A DNA stretch of 47,542 nt from Mycobacterium sp. (GCA_035649695.1 DASRJA010000613.1:1-47542), one strand, 5' to 3'. Positions 9,612-21,176 are shown, counted from the first letter of the stretch. Numbers and translations are program-made. The notes: generated from the sequence alone by a model not told the origin.

Positions 9612-9884
9612 CCGCCCTCGATTCGGACCTGTTTCGTCGACTGGACCGCTGGCGGGGTGCTCGGTGCGCAGCCCAGATTGACAGGCTCCTACGGCACGCC
9701 GGGGTCAAAAGTAGCCAGGCGCGTCTTGTCAATCTGCGCTGCAGCTCGACACCGCTGCCACGGCGTGGAGGACTACTGGCGCTATCACCACCGCAGATCA
9801 GCCTGATGAATAACGATTCGAAACCTGTTGTGTTGCAGGATGAGACATGAGCAGTGACGTTTTGGCCACAGACATTATGGTCAC

Positions 9885-11024
9885 GTGGTGCACCGGCGAA
9901 CCGCCCTCAAGATCCCGCTGTACCTGGCAGCAGCCGCGGCACTGACCAAGTTGCCCCTCGTCTCTGCTGAGACGGGCCGATGGTCGGCTGACCGCGCCAA
10001 CGCCTGGTATGCAAACCAGGGGTGGCTGCTTGGCGCCAACTACGTCACCTCGAACGCCGTGAACCAACTGGAGATGTTCCAGGCGGGCACCTTTGACCCG
10101 CGCCGCATCGCGGGCGAGCTCAGTGTGGCCAAGCAAATTGGAATGAACACCATGCGGGTGTTTCTCCACGACCAATTGTGGGCTGCCGACCGGGCGGGAT
10201 TCAGCGACCGGCTTTCCCAGTTCGTCGCCATCGCGGCGAGTCACAACATCAAACCGCTCTTCGTCCTGTTCGACTCGTGCTGGGACCCGTTGCCCAGGGC
10301 GGGCCGTCAGCGCGCGCCAATAGCAGGAGTGCACAACTCCGGTTGGGTGCAGAGCCCAGGCGCCTACCGTCTACAGGACCCGGCCTACACCCGCGTGCTG
10401 CAGAGCTACGTCACCGGAGTGGTGGGCCTGTTCCGCAACGATCCTCGCGTCCTTGGTTGGGACGTATGGAATGAACCGGACAATCCGTCGCGCGATTACC
10501 GCAAGGTTGAACACGAGGACAAGCAGCAACTGGTTGCCGCGTTCCTCCCACACGTGTTCCAGTGGGTGCGCGCCGTCAACCCGATTCAACCGTTGACCAG
10601 CGGCGTATGGCAGGGCCACTGGAAAGACCCCGGAAGCCGCAGCGCGATCTGCAGCCTGCAGCTCGAGCACTCGGACGTCATCAGCTTCCACAACTACGGG
10701 GATCCGGCCGAATTCGAGGCCCGCATCGACGAACTCACTCCTCTGGGACGACCCATCCTCTGCACCGAGTATCTGGCGCGGCGCCTGGGCAGCACTGTGG
10801 AAGGAATTCTTCCGGTCGCCAAGAGGCGCAACGTCGGCGCCTACAACTGGGGCTTCGTCGCTGGGCGGACGCAGACGTATCTGCCGTGGGATTCCTGGAA
10901 GCGCCCGTACACCTCGATTCCCGAAACGTGGTTCAGCGATCTAATTCATCCCGACGGTCGGCCACACGACGACAACGAGATTCGGTTCATCCGACAGCTC
11001 GCTGGAGCAGGTCGCCCCACCTGA
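9885..11024 (+). CDS. Tat-secreted clan GH-A glycoside hydrolase (GH5-like, Rv3096-like)
   Basis: HRRTALK twin-arginine signal; WDVWNEP (acid/base) and LCTEY (nucleophile); SFHNY. Confidence 0.85.
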   Translation: MVHRRTALKIPLYLAAAAALTKLPLVSAETGRWSADRANAWYANQGWLLGANYVTSNAVNQLEMFQAGTFDPRRIAGELSVAKQIGMNTMRVFLHDQLWAADRAGFSDRLSQFVAIAASHNIKPLFVLFDSCWDPLPRAGRQRAPIAGVHNSGWVQSPGAYRLQDPAYTRVLQSYVTGVVGLFRNDPRVLGWDVWNEPDNPSRDYRKVEHEDKQQLVAAFLPHVFQWVRAVNPIQPLTSGVWQGHWKDPGSRSAICSLQLEHSDVISFHNYGDPAEFEARIDELTPLGRPILCTEYLARRLGSTVEGILPVAKRRNVGAYNWGFVAGRTQTYLPWDSWKRPYTSIPETWFSDLIHPDGRPHDDNEIRFIRQLAGAGRPT

Positions 11025-11279
11025 GGGCGAAACGCTCGATTAGACGTCTAGACACAGGCGACGACTGGACGGAATTCGAATGGATCGACGCGGCGGCGAA
11101 GGTGCGCTGAGCCCTGGGAGATCTGCTAGCTCGCGACGTCGAAGTCTTCATTGTGGAGCCTCTCGAGCCGCTAAGTGGACTCGACAGCCGATGAGTTTTG
11201 CGCAGTCGCGGGGTCTACATGGATTGCAAAGTGCCGGTTCGGCACGACACGAGAACGTCAGAAGAGGAGGCTCGTACCT

Positions 11280-11348
11280 ATGGTCATCGTTGCAGGACAC
11301 ATCACCGTCGAGCCCCAGCAACAACGCCGACCCGACATCGCCCCTTGA
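11280..11348 (+). pseudogene. 22-codon N-terminal remnant of an antibiotic-biosynthesis-monooxygenase (ABM) family gene
   Basis: Strong RBS GAGGAGG followed by ATG: MVIVAGHITVEPQQQRRPDIAP*. MVIVAGHITVEPQQ matches the typical ABM N-terminus as recalled. Confidence 0.5.
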
Positions 11349-11407
11349 CCACACCACGCTCACCGCGGACAGATCGTGTGCGCCTCAACCCCCGGGAGCC
11401 AACAGCC

Positions 11408-12502
11408 ATGTCTTCTCACACCACCTCCACCATCTTCATCATCGGCGGCACAGGGGCGCAAGGAATGCCCATCGTCGCCGCCCTGGTCGCCGACAAGAAG
11501 TACTCCGTGCGCGTCCTCACCCGCGACGCGAGCTCCCCCCGAGCCCAGGCCCTCCTTGCGCTCGGCAACGTCTCCATGCTCGAAGGCTCGTTCGCCGACG
11601 AAGCCATCCTGCGAAAAGGATTCCGCGGCTGCGACGGGGCCTACGTCAACATCGACGGGTTCAACACCGGCGAGAAGACCGAGACCTACTGGGCAATCCG
11701 CAGCTACGAGATAGCCATCGAAGAAGGAATCAAGTTCTTCGTCTACGGAAACCTTGACTACGCCCTCAAGAAATCAGGCTACGACTCCAAGTTCCGCAGC
11801 GGCCACTACGACGGCAAAGGCCGTATGGGCGAATGGATCCTGTTTCAGAATCAGGACAACAGCGACAGGATGGGTGCAGCGGTCTTCACCTCCGGTCCCT
11901 ACATCGAGATGGTGATCTCACCCCTGACGGCCATGACACCCACCATTGAAGACGGCGTCGTCACGTGGCGGGTACCGCTCGGCCAGGGCGCCATTCCCCA
12001 TGTCGCTCTTGAGGATTGCGGATACTACGCGCGCTGGATCTTCGACCACCCCGAGCGCTCGAACGGCATGAATCTCGAAGTGGCGATCGCACACATGACC
12101 TACACCGCCATCGCCGAGGCATTCCAGAAAGTCACCGGGCACCCGGCCCAATACATCGACACCGATCTGGATGCGTATTGGAACGGCCCACTCAAAGGGC
12201 TTGCCGATCTGCCTGCCGGGTACAACGCCGACCCCAACGACAAGAGCACCATGAGCTTCCGAGACAACTTCACCGGCTTCTGGAATGTGTGGAAGTACGG
12301 CAAGGTCTCCAGAAACTACGATCTGCTCGACGAAATCCACCCCAACCGGATCAGAAGTGCTGAGCAATGGTTCAGGCGGGAAGATCAGCTGGGACGAGAG
12401 CTCGGCAAGGGGACTCTCTGGGACAGGGTCCAGCCCGAGAACCAGACCATCGACTCGGCGATCCTCAAGGGTAGTGCGGATTTGAGGACAGGCACGTTGT
12501 AG
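11408..12502 (+). CDS. NmrA-family NAD(P)-binding protein
   Basis: IFIIGGTGAQG Rossmann motif, VRVLTRD and HYDGKG. Probable start is MSSHTT at 11408. Confidence 0.85.
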   Translation: MSSHTTSTIFIIGGTGAQGMPIVAALVADKKYSVRVLTRDASSPRAQALLALGNVSMLEGSFADEAILRKGFRGCDGAYVNIDGFNTGEKTETYWAIRSYEIAIEEGIKFFVYGNLDYALKKSGYDSKFRSGHYDGKGRMGEWILFQNQDNSDRMGAAVFTSGPYIEMVISPLTAMTPTIEDGVVTWRVPLGQGAIPHVALEDCGYYARWIFDHPERSNGMNLEVAIAHMTYTAIAEAFQKVTGHPAQYIDTDLDAYWNGPLKGLADLPAGYNADPNDKSTMSFRDNFTGFWNVWKYGKVSRNYDLLDEIHPNRIRSAEQWFRREDQLGRELGKGTLWDRVQPENQTIDSAILKGSADLRTGTL

Positions 12503-12611
12503 ACGCATGAGCGGCAATCCAAGCGCCGCTTGTTCTCGCCGTCGACCACGAATCAGGCCAAACCGAACGTCATGACGTTCCTTATCGCCAACGCCACAGC
12601 CGCCGCTCCAT

Positions 12612-12633
12612 CTGTGGGTTCCCTGTGGGTTCC
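12612..12633. promoter_or_regulatory. 11-bp tandem direct repeat upstream of mmpS; candidate OmpR/PhoP-type site
   Basis: CTGTGGGTTCC repeated exactly at 12612-12622 and 12623-12633. Confidence 0.4.
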
Positions 12634-12786
12634 TAAATTCGGCGCGGCATTCTCACTTGCCGTGTCGGACACTCGCCCAGTGTTGTGGGGACTCGTCCCG
12701 TGTCGTACCGTCAACCTAGTTGATTAGCCATCCTAGAGGAATTTCCCTACCGTCCGCGCCTGTCGCCGCTCATGAAAGGGTCACGG

Positions 12787-13233
12787 ATGCAACGGGTTTC
12801 GATCAGCCGTCGACTCGGCCAGCGCTGGATGCTCCTGGTTGCGGTGATCGTGGTCGCACTGGCGGGGTTCGCTGTGTATCGGCTGCACGGCATCTTCGCC
12901 TCTCACGACGTCACGTCCACACCCAGCGGCTCCGACAACGACATCGTTCCGTTCAACCCCAAGCACGTGGTTCTGGAGGTTTTCGGCCCGCCGGGGACGG
13001 TGGCGACCATCACCTACCTCGACGTGAATGCCCAACCGCAGCGCGTCGACGCCGCCACGCTGCCCTGGGCCTACGACACCAACACCACTCAGCCGGCCGT
13101 CTTCGTTAACGTCTCCGCCCAGGGTGACCGAGACTCCATCGGTTGCCGGATCAAGATCGACGACGTGGTCAAGGACGAGCGATCGGTGAACACTCTGAAC
13201 CCCTTCACCTACTGCCTGGATAAGTCCGGATGA
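12787..13233 (+). CDS. mmpS: MmpS-family membrane accessory protein
   Basis: N-terminal TM helix, [30 protein letters not shown] and TYCLDKS; ATGA overlap with mmpL. Confidence 0.95.
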   Translation: MQRVSISRRLGQRWMLLVAVIVVALAGFAVYRLHGIFASHDVTSTPSGSDNDIVPFNPKHVVLEVFGPPGTVATITYLDVNAQPQRVDAATLPWAYDTNTTQPAVFVNVSAQGDRDSIGCRIKIDDVVKDERSVNTLNPFTYCLDKSG

Positions 13234-16115
13234 GCACCCAGCGGGTTCCGGACTTCATCCGGCGGTACTCGGTGCTCATCGCGCTGTTCTGGCTGGGCCT
13301 GGCGGTGCTGACGAACGTTTTCGTGCCGCAGCTGGAGACGGTTGCCGAATCGCATAACGTCTCGCTGAGCCCCCAGGATTCGCCGTCGTTGCAGGCCGCA
13401 AAACGGATCGGCAAGGTGTTCAACGAGTTCGATTCAGACAGTTCGGCGATGATCGTCCTCGAGGGTGACCAGCCGCTCGGCGCCGACGCTCACCATTACT
13501 ACGACGGCTTGATTCAGAAGCTCCGTCAGGACACCAAGCACGTCCAGCACATTCAGGACTTCTGGGGCGATCCGCTGACCGCCGCCGGCTCGCAGAGCTC
13601 CGACGGCAAGGCGGCGCTGGTGCAGCTGTACCTAGCAGGTAACCAGGGCGAATCGCTAGCCAATGAGTCCGTCGATTCGGTGCGTGACATCGTCAATCAC
13701 ACACCGCCGCCACCGGGTATCAAGGCCTACGTCACCGGCGCCGCTCCCCTGGTCACCGATCAGTTCGAGGTAGGCCGCCACGGCACCCTGAAAACCACCC
13801 TGATCACCATCGGGGTGATCGCCTTGATGCTGTTCTCGCTTTACCGCCGCCTCACCACGGTGTTTCTCGTGATTTTCACGGTGATGATCGAGTTGACCGC
13901 CTCCCGCGGCGTCGTCGCCGTGCTCGCGAACGCCGGCATCATCCAGCTGTCGACGTATTCGACCAATCTGCTGACGCTGCTGGTCATCGCCGCGGGAACC
14001 GACTATGCGATCTTCATTCTCGGGCGATTTCACGAAGAGCGTTACACCGGGCAGGATCGCGTCTCGGCGTTCAACACGATGTACCACGGCACCGCGCACA
14101 TCATCCTGGGTTCAGGCCTGACCATCGCCGGCGCGGTGCTCTGCCTGACGTTCACCCGGCTGCCGTATTTCAACAGCCTTGGCGTTCCCGCCGGTATCGG
14201 CGTCTCCGTGGCAGTGGTGGCGGCGTTGACCCTGGCACCGGCCTTATTGGTCATCGGCCGCCATTTCGGGCTGTTCGAACCCAGCCGCCCCATGAGTACC
14301 CGGGGCTGGCGGCGTATCGGCACGGCCATCGTCCGCTGGCCCGTTCCCATCCTCTTGGCGACGGTCGCCATTGCCGCGATCGGTCTGCTCTCCCTGCCGG
14401 GATACAAGACGAGTTACGACGCCCGCCCCTTCATGCCCGCCAGCGCGCCTGCGAATGTTGGTTATGCGGCCGCCGAACGCCATTTCTCGGAGGCGCGGCT
14501 GAATCCCGAACTGTTGATGATCGAAGCCGACCACGATCTACGTAATTCCACCGACATGATCCTGCTGGAGCGCGTCGCCAAGGCGGTCTTCCACACCGAC
14601 GGCATCGCACAGGTGCAGTCGATCACCCGGCCGCTCGGCACGCCCCTGGACCACACGTCGATACCGTTCCAGATCAGCGCGGGCAGCGCGTCTCAGATCA
14701 ACAATCTGCCATTTCAGCAGGCCCGCGGCGCCGACCTGCTCAAACAGGTCGACGTGATCAACAATTCGATCGACGTTCTGCGACAGCAATATGCGCTGCA
14801 ACAACAGTCCAGCGCCGCCACCGACGAGCAGACCAAGGCATTCCAACAGACGGTCGCCACGGCGCAGGACCTGCGCGACAAGATCGCCAACTTCGACGAC
14901 TTCTTCCGGCCGCTGCGCAACTACTTCTATTGGGAGCCACACTGTTTCGACATCCCGATCTGCTGGGCGCTGCGATCCCTGTTCGACGCACTCGACGGCA
15001 TTGACGCGCTGACCGTTCAGCTGAGCAACGTCTCGGGCAGCATCGCCAAGCTGGACGCGCTGCAGCCGAAGCTGCTCGCGCTGATTCCGCCACAGATCGA
15101 AAGTCAGCAGACCAACCGTGATTTGACCCTGACGAACTACGCCACCACATCAGGCATCGACGACCAGACTGAGGCGGCACTGCAGAACGCCACCGCTTTG
15201 GGCCAGGCGTACGACGCGTCGAAGACCGACGACTCCTTCTACCTTCCGCCGGAGGCGTTCGCCAACCCTGAATTCCTTCGCGGGCTAAAGCTTTTCCTGT
15301 CGCCGGACGGCAAGGCCGCGCGGATGATCATCACCCACGAGGGCATTCCCGCTACGCCCGAAGGCATTTCGCACATCGACCCCATCAGGCATGCAGCGCA
15401 GGAAGCCGTCAAGGGCACCCCCCTGGCCGGATCCAAGATCTACATCGCGGGCACGGCAGCCACCTACAAGGACATTCAGGACGGCGCCAAATACGACCTG
15501 ATGATCGCGGGGATCGCCGCGCTCTGCTTGATTTTGCTCGTCATGATGTTCATCACCCGAAGCATCGTCGCCGCCATCGTCATCGTGGGTACCGTGGCGC
15601 TGTCGCTTGGCGCATCTTTCGGGCTGTCCATACTGATATGGGAGGACCTTTTCGGTATCCCACTGTTCTGGATCGTGCTGGCGCTGGGCATCATTCTGCT
15701 GTTGGCCGTAGGGTCGGACTACAACTTGCTGCTGATCTCACGGTTCAAAGAAGAGATCCATGCGGGCATCAACACCGGCATCATCCGGGCGATGGCCGGC
15801 TCCGGCGCGGTGGTGACGGCCGCCGGGCTGGTGTTCGCGGCCACCATGGCATCGTTCATTTTCGCCGATCTGCGGATTCTCGGGCAGATCGGGACCACAA
15901 TCGCCCTCGGTCTGTTGTTCGACACGCTGATCGTCAGATCGTTCATGACGCCGTCGATCGCAGCGCTGCTCGGACGCTGGTTCTGGTGGCCGCTGAAGGT
16001 GCGTCAACGCCCGGTACCCCAGGCGTTTGCCTTACCCGACCAACGGGAGCGACAACTACCCCTGTGGGACGACGGAGACTCCGCACCGACGTCCGAGCTG
16101 CCCCGACGCGGCTAG
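13230..16115 (+). CDS. mmpL: MmpL-family RND transporter (MmpL4/5-like)
   Basis: 961 aa; AAGTDY and AVGSDY proton-relay motifs, [12 protein letters not shown] and GRWFWWP. Confidence 0.95.
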   Translation: MSTQRVPDFIRRYSVLIALFWLGLAVLTNVFVPQLETVAESHNVSLSPQDSPSLQAAKRIGKVFNEFDSDSSAMIVLEGDQPLGADAHHYYDGLIQKLRQDTKHVQHIQDFWGDPLTAAGSQSSDGKAALVQLYLAGNQGESLANESVDSVRDIVNHTPPPPGIKAYVTGAAPLVTDQFEVGRHGTLKTTLITIGVIALMLFSLYRRLTTVFLVIFTVMIELTASRGVVAVLANAGIIQLSTYSTNLLTLLVIAAGTDYAIFILGRFHEERYTGQDRVSAFNTMYHGTAHIILGSGLTIAGAVLCLTFTRLPYFNSLGVPAGIGVSVAVVAALTLAPALLVIGRHFGLFEPSRPMSTRGWRRIGTAIVRWPVPILLATVAIAAIGLLSLPGYKTSYDARPFMPASAPANVGYAAAERHFSEARLNPELLMIEADHDLRNSTDMILLERVAKAVFHTDGIAQVQSITRPLGTPLDHTSIPFQISAGSASQINNLPFQQARGADLLKQVDVINNSIDVLRQQYALQQQSSAATDEQTKAFQQTVATAQDLRDKIANFDDFFRPLRNYFYWEPHCFDIPICWALRSLFDALDGIDALTVQLSNVSGSIAKLDALQPKLLALIPPQIESQQTNRDLTLTNYATTSGIDDQTEAALQNATALGQAYDASKTDDSFYLPPEAFANPEFLRGLKLFLSPDGKAARMIITHEGIPATPEGISHIDPIRHAAQEAVKGTPLAGSKIYIAGTAATYKDIQDGAKYDLMIAGIAALCLILLVMMFITRSIVAAIVIVGTVALSLGASFGLSILIWEDLFGIPLFWIVLALGIILLLAVGSDYNLLLISRFKEEIHAGINTGIIRAMAGSGAVVTAAGLVFAATMASFIFADLRILGQIGTTIALGLLFDTLIVRSFMTPSIAALLGRWFWWPLKVRQRPVPQAFALPDQRERQLPLWDDGDSAPTSELPRRG

Positions 16116-16582
16116 GCGGTGGCGAGCTCGTCGTCCGGCTTGGGCGCCGTCACCGATACGTCCCGCAGCTTCCCTTTCAACCCCGCGACCCTGCGCAGCT
16201 GAGCGACGATGTTCATGGAGGTCAACATCGGGATCCCCCCGATGAAGGTCCTAAAGGAGGGATTGCCGCCATCTCTGTGCAGCATGTAGAGACAGCCGAC
16301 CACGTAAAAGAATCCGATGGTGAACAGGGCGGCGGGTATCGCGTACGCGAGCGGTGATCGGGCGTCGGAAACCAGTTCCCTCGCGTAATCCACTTCATCC
16401 TGCGACATCGGTTCGCGCTTGCGGACTTTGGCCAGCACCGCCTTGTGGGCGCCCACTTGTTCACCCAAGGGATGGGATGTCCGCTTCTCCAGCCGGCCGA
16501 TGTAGGTGAATACGCAAGTGGCGAACACGATCTCCATCACGGCAGCGAGGATCGTGAGATCACCCCACGGACCGAGATTCAC
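16112..16582 (-). CDS. Hypothetical membrane protein
   Basis: Two to three hydrophobic segments; AGGAG RBS upstream of the GTG start; convergent with mmpL. Confidence 0.65.
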   Translation of the reverse strand: MNLGPWGDLTILAAVMEIVFATCVFTYIGRLEKRTSHPLGEQVGAHKAVLAKVRKREPMSQDEVDYARELVSDARSPLAYAIPAALFTIGFFYVVGCLYMLHRDGGNPSFRTFIGGIPMLTSMNIVAQLRRVAGLKGKLRDVSVTAPKPDDELATA

Positions 16583-16980
16583 CCTGTCGCTCCTCTTTTC
16601 CCCGTCGACCCTCGCGGCATGCCTGAAGTGCGAGAGCCCGCGTCGTCAGTGTTCGCGCGACTCTTGAAACGCTACCTGAACTAAGCATTTCTGTCGGTTC
16701 TCACAGGAACAAGACAGGAGTAGGAGTGAAGCCGCTCCTCGACGTCGTAGCCGCCGAAACCTCCCCATCGGCCGCGGGCAACGCGTAGTCGCGAATCGAG
16801 ATTGACGAGCTCTTTCGACACGCCGAAGTGATGTCAAAATAGCCCGCCGTTTTAGGTCAATGTCCGCTGCAACTCGCCAGCTAAACCCCGACGTAGCTGT
16901 AGGTGTAGATCCTCACAATCGATGTCATATTCTCACCAGTCATGTCAGGTGTCGTTCTCGCCGCCATCGATCGTTGGTGT

Positions 16981-17934
16981 TCACCGTTTCTCATTCCACC
17001 GGTGCGGATCGACTTCGAGCGCGGATCGGTCCCATCTGCCGCGTTCAGCGGCCGCCCGATAGGTGGTGTGCAAAAACTCCAGAAGGGTGCGGTCTGGGTC
17101 GGCTGCCGTCCGCACCGCCTCGTAGGGCAGCAGAAACTGGCCATTGTCGGTGCTGTAGAAGGCTTGCTCGGGTACGACGGGGTAGTCGGCGAAGCCGTCG
17201 GGTTCGGGATAGGCGTAAGCGTAGAAGGCGCCTTCGTCGCCGCCGCCCGGCCAGAAACCGCAACTGCTCAACTCGTGGGAGTAGCCCTCCACCATCACCC
17301 AATCACCGCAGTTGGGTGCCCCGCCTGGATGCTTCGGCGCGGCGCGGCCGGAGAACCTGGTGCAGGCCAGATCCATTGCCCCCCAAAAGAAGTGCACGGG
17401 GCTGACCTTGCCGATGAAATGCGAGCGGAACTCGCGCATGACGCGGTCGGCCGACACGAGTTGGCGCCAGAACAGGTGCACGGCGTGTGGGTCGTAGGAG
17501 GCGTGCGTGTGGTCCTCGGCGAACGGGATCGCGGGATCGACCTCATTGGGCCTCGCCTGAATCTGCACCGCGATGCCGCGCTCGTCGAGCGCACTGATCG
17601 TTTCGGCATAGAAATCGGCAACCGACCTGGGTTCGAGCGCGATCCGACGGGCGCCGCCGTCGCTGGATCGGATGTGCAACCGGTGTTCGATGAAGTCGAA
17701 CTCGATGTCGAAGATGCCCGATTCGTACGGAATCGCGGATGTGGTCAAACCTCGGGGACTGACGTAGAGGGTGACCTGCCACCAGTGATTGAGCATCGGC
17801 GCGTGTGCGAGTCGGATCTTGCCGACGATCTGGGTCCACATGTGCAGCGTGTCACGGGAGGCGGTCCACTCGTCGACCCGCAATGACGGCCAATTCTGCG
17901 CCGACGCGGTCTTGTTCGGGGTGGTCTCAGTCAT
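16981..17934 (-). CDS. DUF5996 (Ava_C0101-like) family protein
   Basis: TLHMWTQIVGKIRL..NHWW, SPVHFFWG.MDLA.TRFSG, YSHELSSCGFWPG and AFYAYAYPEP. Confidence 0.85.
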   Translation of the reverse strand: MTETTPNKTASAQNWPSLRVDEWTASRDTLHMWTQIVGKIRLAHAPMLNHWWQVTLYVSPRGLTTSAIPYESGIFDIEFDFIEHRLHIRSSDGGARRIALEPRSVADFYAETISALDERGIAVQIQARPNEVDPAIPFAEDHTHASYDPHAVHLFWRQLVSADRVMREFRSHFIGKVSPVHFFWGAMDLACTRFSGRAAPKHPGGAPNCGDWVMVEGYSHELSSCGFWPGGGDEGAFYAYAYPEPDGFADYPVVPEQAFYSTDNGQFLLPYEAVRTAADPDRTLLEFLHTTYRAAAERGRWDRSALEVDPHRWNEKR

Positions 17935-18136
17935 CAGACAACCCTTCCTCCTTGTAACTGCGCGGGCAGTCGCCCGCCGGTTGTTTGGAGCGACAGCAGC
18001 GACGACTCATCCGGACCTCGAGCGCCATATTGCACGCGGTCAGCCCAACGCAGGCTCGTTCACGGCCAATCGCTGGGCAAGGGCCGTGCCCGAGCCGATG
18101 GCTTGTCCGTCACCAAGGCGACCCTGCCGGCACCGG

Positions 18137-19051
18137 TCAGTAGTCCCAGACGGCCGGTACGCCACGAAAGGCGTTGCCGGCGACCGCCACGTGGCAGACG
18201 GACGGGAACGGCAGATGAGTGGCCACCAGCGCTTCACGGGTCGACGCCAGTTCCTGCAAGAGCTTGACCCGGACGCGGGCCGCCTCCTCAGGGTCGTGTT
18301 CGAAGCCGTTGAACCAGTCGGGGTGTTCGAACGCGACCTGGAACACTGCGTCACCAGCGAACGTCAGCCGCTCGCCGCCGGACGCCAGGCGGACCACGCT
18401 GTGCCCGGGGGTGTGCCCACCGGTGCGGCTGGCAAGCACACCCGGTGCCACCTCGTACTCCGTCTCGAACGGCCGCAGCCGGCCGCGGTGCTCGTCCAGG
18501 AACCGCGTGGCGGCCGATCGAAGCGCGTCCGGCACCCCCTCCGGCATGTTGGTATGGGTGAAATCGGGCGACTCCCAGAACTCGGCCTCGGCGGCGGCCA
18601 CGTGGACCCGCAGGTCCGGACGCAGCCGGCTCCCCAGCCCGTCGCCAAGCAGCCCGCCGATGTGGTCCATGTGCATGTGGGTGAGCACCACGTCGGTCAC
18701 GGATGCGGAGTCGATGCCGGCGGCCTCCAGTCGCAGGGCCAGCCGCCCGGCAGTCGGGAAGTCCGGGAACTCCCCCCCTAGCCCAGCGTCGATGAGTATG
18801 GTCCGATCGCCGCTACGCACCACGCACACGTTCAGCGGCCACTCGAGTACGTCCGGCGGCAGGAACATGTCATCGAGCCAGGACGCCAGGTCGGCCGAGT
18901 CAGCGTTGTAGGCGATCGTCTTGCCTGTGATTGGTAGGACCCCGTCGCTGATCACCAGCACCTCGATCTCGCCGACGTGCAGCGCGTAGCGCGACGGTAC
19001 CAACTCGTCGAGCCCCTCTCCGCCGAGGTGGGAAATGTTGTCCACGCTCAT
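18137..19051 (-). CDS. MBL-fold metallo-hydrolase
   Basis: LIDAG, THMHMDH (HxHxDH), GHTPGH, FAGDA and ATHLPFP. Start MSVDN at 19051 with GAGGAG RBS. Confidence 0.9.
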   Translation of the reverse strand: MSVDNISHLGGEGLDELVPSRYALHVGEIEVLVISDGVLPITGKTIAYNADSADLASWLDDMFLPPDVLEWPLNVCVVRSGDRTILIDAGLGGEFPDFPTAGRLALRLEAAGIDSASVTDVVLTHMHMDHIGGLLGDGLGSRLRPDLRVHVAAAEAEFWESPDFTHTNMPEGVPDALRSAATRFLDEHRGRLRPFETEYEVAPGVLASRTGGHTPGHSVVRLASGGERLTFAGDAVFQVAFEHPDWFNGFEHDPEEAARVRVKLLQELASTREALVATHLPFPSVCHVAVAGNAFRGVPAVWDY

Positions 19052-19128
19052 TTTTGTCTCCTCGATTCTTGAAAACGGCACGACCGCAACAGAAGAAGTG
19101 GCCGCCTGTATTTGTTTGGCTGCGAACG

Positions 19129-19932
19129 TCACGCCCTCGGCACGCCCACGTGGCGGTTCGCCCAGTCGAGCGCGTAGTCGGCCACGGCTTCCCAGCCGGG
19201 AGCGCCGGCCGTGAAGTGGGGTCGTCCCGCGAACTCCTTGTAGTCCACGACGGCCTTCGACTTGCCGAGGAGCTTCGCGGCCTCTCTGCTCACCGAGGCC
19301 GGCACCGTGTGGTCCCGTTCGTTGCCGAGCACGAGCAGAGGCGGGCGGTCGTCCTTGTGGAGGTCGACCTTGGTGACGGCGTGCGGATTGAAGTTGGCGA
19401 ACCCCGCCTGGAAGAGCACCCGCCCGGGACCGGGCACGTAGTAGCGCTGGTAGGCAGCCGCGGCGTCCGCGTCGTTCATGGTGTTGGTGAACCTGAAGTG
19501 GAACTGCTTGGGCGACAACGGGACGGTCTTCATCCTGTTCGCCGGGTTGCGTAGCACCGGCCATACGGTGCGAATCTGCGCCGGTGGCAGACGCAGCACG
19601 CCCTTGATCTGCGCCGGCGAGACGGCAACCGCGGCTGCACCGAGACCGCGGTCGAGCAGCAGTTCGGTGATGAGGCCGCCGAACGAATGCCCCATGATCA
19701 CCGGCGGGGTGTCTAGGCCGCGGATGATCCGGTCGTAGTGGTCGACGACCTCGGTGATGCCGAGACCGTTCATGACAGACGGGTCGCGACGGAGGGCCTC
19801 GACCTCGCCCTCCATGCGGGGCCAGGCCGGCGCGAGGACCTCGTGTCCGCGCTTCTCGAAACGCGCCTTCCAGCCCTCCCAGCTGCGCGGGGTGAGCCAG
19901 AGGCCGTGGATGAGGACGATGGGTGAATTCAT
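19129..19932 (-). CDS. Alpha/beta hydrolase (non-heme haloperoxidase-like)
   Basis: LIHGLW, GHSFGG nucleophile elbow, DHTVP and GRPH. Confidence 0.9.
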   Translation of the reverse strand: MNSPIVLIHGLWLTPRSWEGWKARFEKRGHEVLAPAWPRMEGEVEALRRDPSVMNGLGITEVVDHYDRIIRGLDTPPVIMGHSFGGLITELLLDRGLGAAAVAVSPAQIKGVLRLPPAQIRTVWPVLRNPANRMKTVPLSPKQFHFRFTNTMNDADAAAAYQRYYVPGPGRVLFQAGFANFNPHAVTKVDLHKDDRPPLLVLGNERDHTVPASVSREAAKLLGKSKAVVDYKEFAGRPHFTAGAPGWEAVADYALDWANRHVGVPRA

Positions 19933-20299
19933 GATTGGACTCCTCGGAGGTCGTGAGGGAGCGTCATACGTCGCACTGGATGAGGATCGCGCGTCAATGC
20001 GGTCGCTCGCGCCCTTGACTGTGCGTGGTCCGTGCCGTGGTTTGCGTAGTTTCGAAGTGCAACAGTGGCGACATGCCGCCCACCACGCGACTCGAAGCAG
20101 AATGACAAGCCCGAAGCCCGGCGGACGCGGCTACCCACCAATGTGTTGACTACGGACTTCCAAGGGTTCGTTGGACGACCGTCGACGCGAAACTGGGTTT
20201 CACCAAACAGCGCATCCGGACGGGCGGCGCGAACCAACAGGACCTGTTGGGCGCTCGCAGCCCGAAGGTGTATCCATAACCAGGGCGGAGGCTGATCCC

Positions 20300-20827
20300 G
20301 TGCCAGAGATTCTGACCAAACACGCCGTCGTCGACGACGTGCTGGACACCTTCCGAGAAATGTTGGGTCCTGACGCCGTCCGCTACCGAAACCACGTGTA
20401 CCGCGGTCTGAATTATCAACGAAAGCTGTTGCAGTTGAACACGATTCCAGACGAGATCGCCTTCGCGTGGGCCCTGCACGACATCGGAGTCTGGACTTCG
20501 GGGTGGGATTACATCCGACCCTCGTTAGATCAAGTTGACGAACTTGCGCCCCACAACCGCATCGCACACGTCGACCGGGTGCGTCAGATGGTGGAATGGC
20601 ATCACAAGGTGCGTCGCTGCCGAGACGACTGGGTGGTCGAGACATTCCGGGTAGCCGACCGGATCGACGTCACGAGAGGACTACTCCGCAGCGCACTGAC
20701 ACAGTCGGATATCAGGCAAGTGGTGAACGCGTTCCCGTACAACGGCTTTCACGCACTGCTGGTCCGCAGTGAAGCGGGCTGGGCTGCAAAGCATCCACTG
20801 AGGCCATTCCCCATGCTTCGTTGGTAG
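20300..20827 (+). CDS. HD-domain-like conserved protein
   Basis: YRNHVYR, HDIG, WHHK and ADRID pattern. GTG start at 20300 after GGAGG. Confidence 0.7.
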   Translation: MPEILTKHAVVDDVLDTFREMLGPDAVRYRNHVYRGLNYQRKLLQLNTIPDEIAFAWALHDIGVWTSGWDYIRPSLDQVDELAPHNRIAHVDRVRQMVEWHHKVRRCRDDWVVETFRVADRIDVTRGLLRSALTQSDIRQVVNAFPYNGFHALLVRSEAGWAAKHPLRPFPMLRW

Positions 20828-21176
20828 TGGGGGCTGCCCAAGCTAGTTCAGCCCCCAGAGCGGATGACCGTCGGCGGATACCGCCATCCCAAGCGAGCAG
20901 GGGCCAAAGCGCACACGCGGTATCAGGTCAGCATGTCGACTACACAGAGGATTATCGGAGGCGGCGCTCGGCGGCCGTCGGGACACAGATTTCAAGGCCG
21001 TGGCGGCAGGGTCGTTTTCGTCCCTGGGGTCGGGGGTGACAACCGTCCTTCTGGGTGCGCGTCAAACTACTGCGGGCGCTGGTCGGTAGGGGAATAATCC
21101 GACATGCGACGAGGAAGTCTCCCGGCATCGATCGTGGATAGGTGATCACGAACGATCGGGGAGGGAAAGCGGCAAC

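Noticed and set aside
12787-16115. MmpS/MmpL as the exporter of the polyyne product
   Set aside because: It lies about 7.6 kb away with unrelated genes between, the operon has its own ABC exporter, and nothing in the sequence links them.
16720-16840. Minus-strand peptide HHFGVSKELV resembling an ImmA/IrrE C-terminus
   Set aside because: Too short, with no HExxH motif or supporting ORF.
18137-19564. 475-aa version of the MBL hydrolase
   Set aside because: The extension overlaps the alpha/beta hydrolase gene; a clear RBS and ATG sit at 19051.
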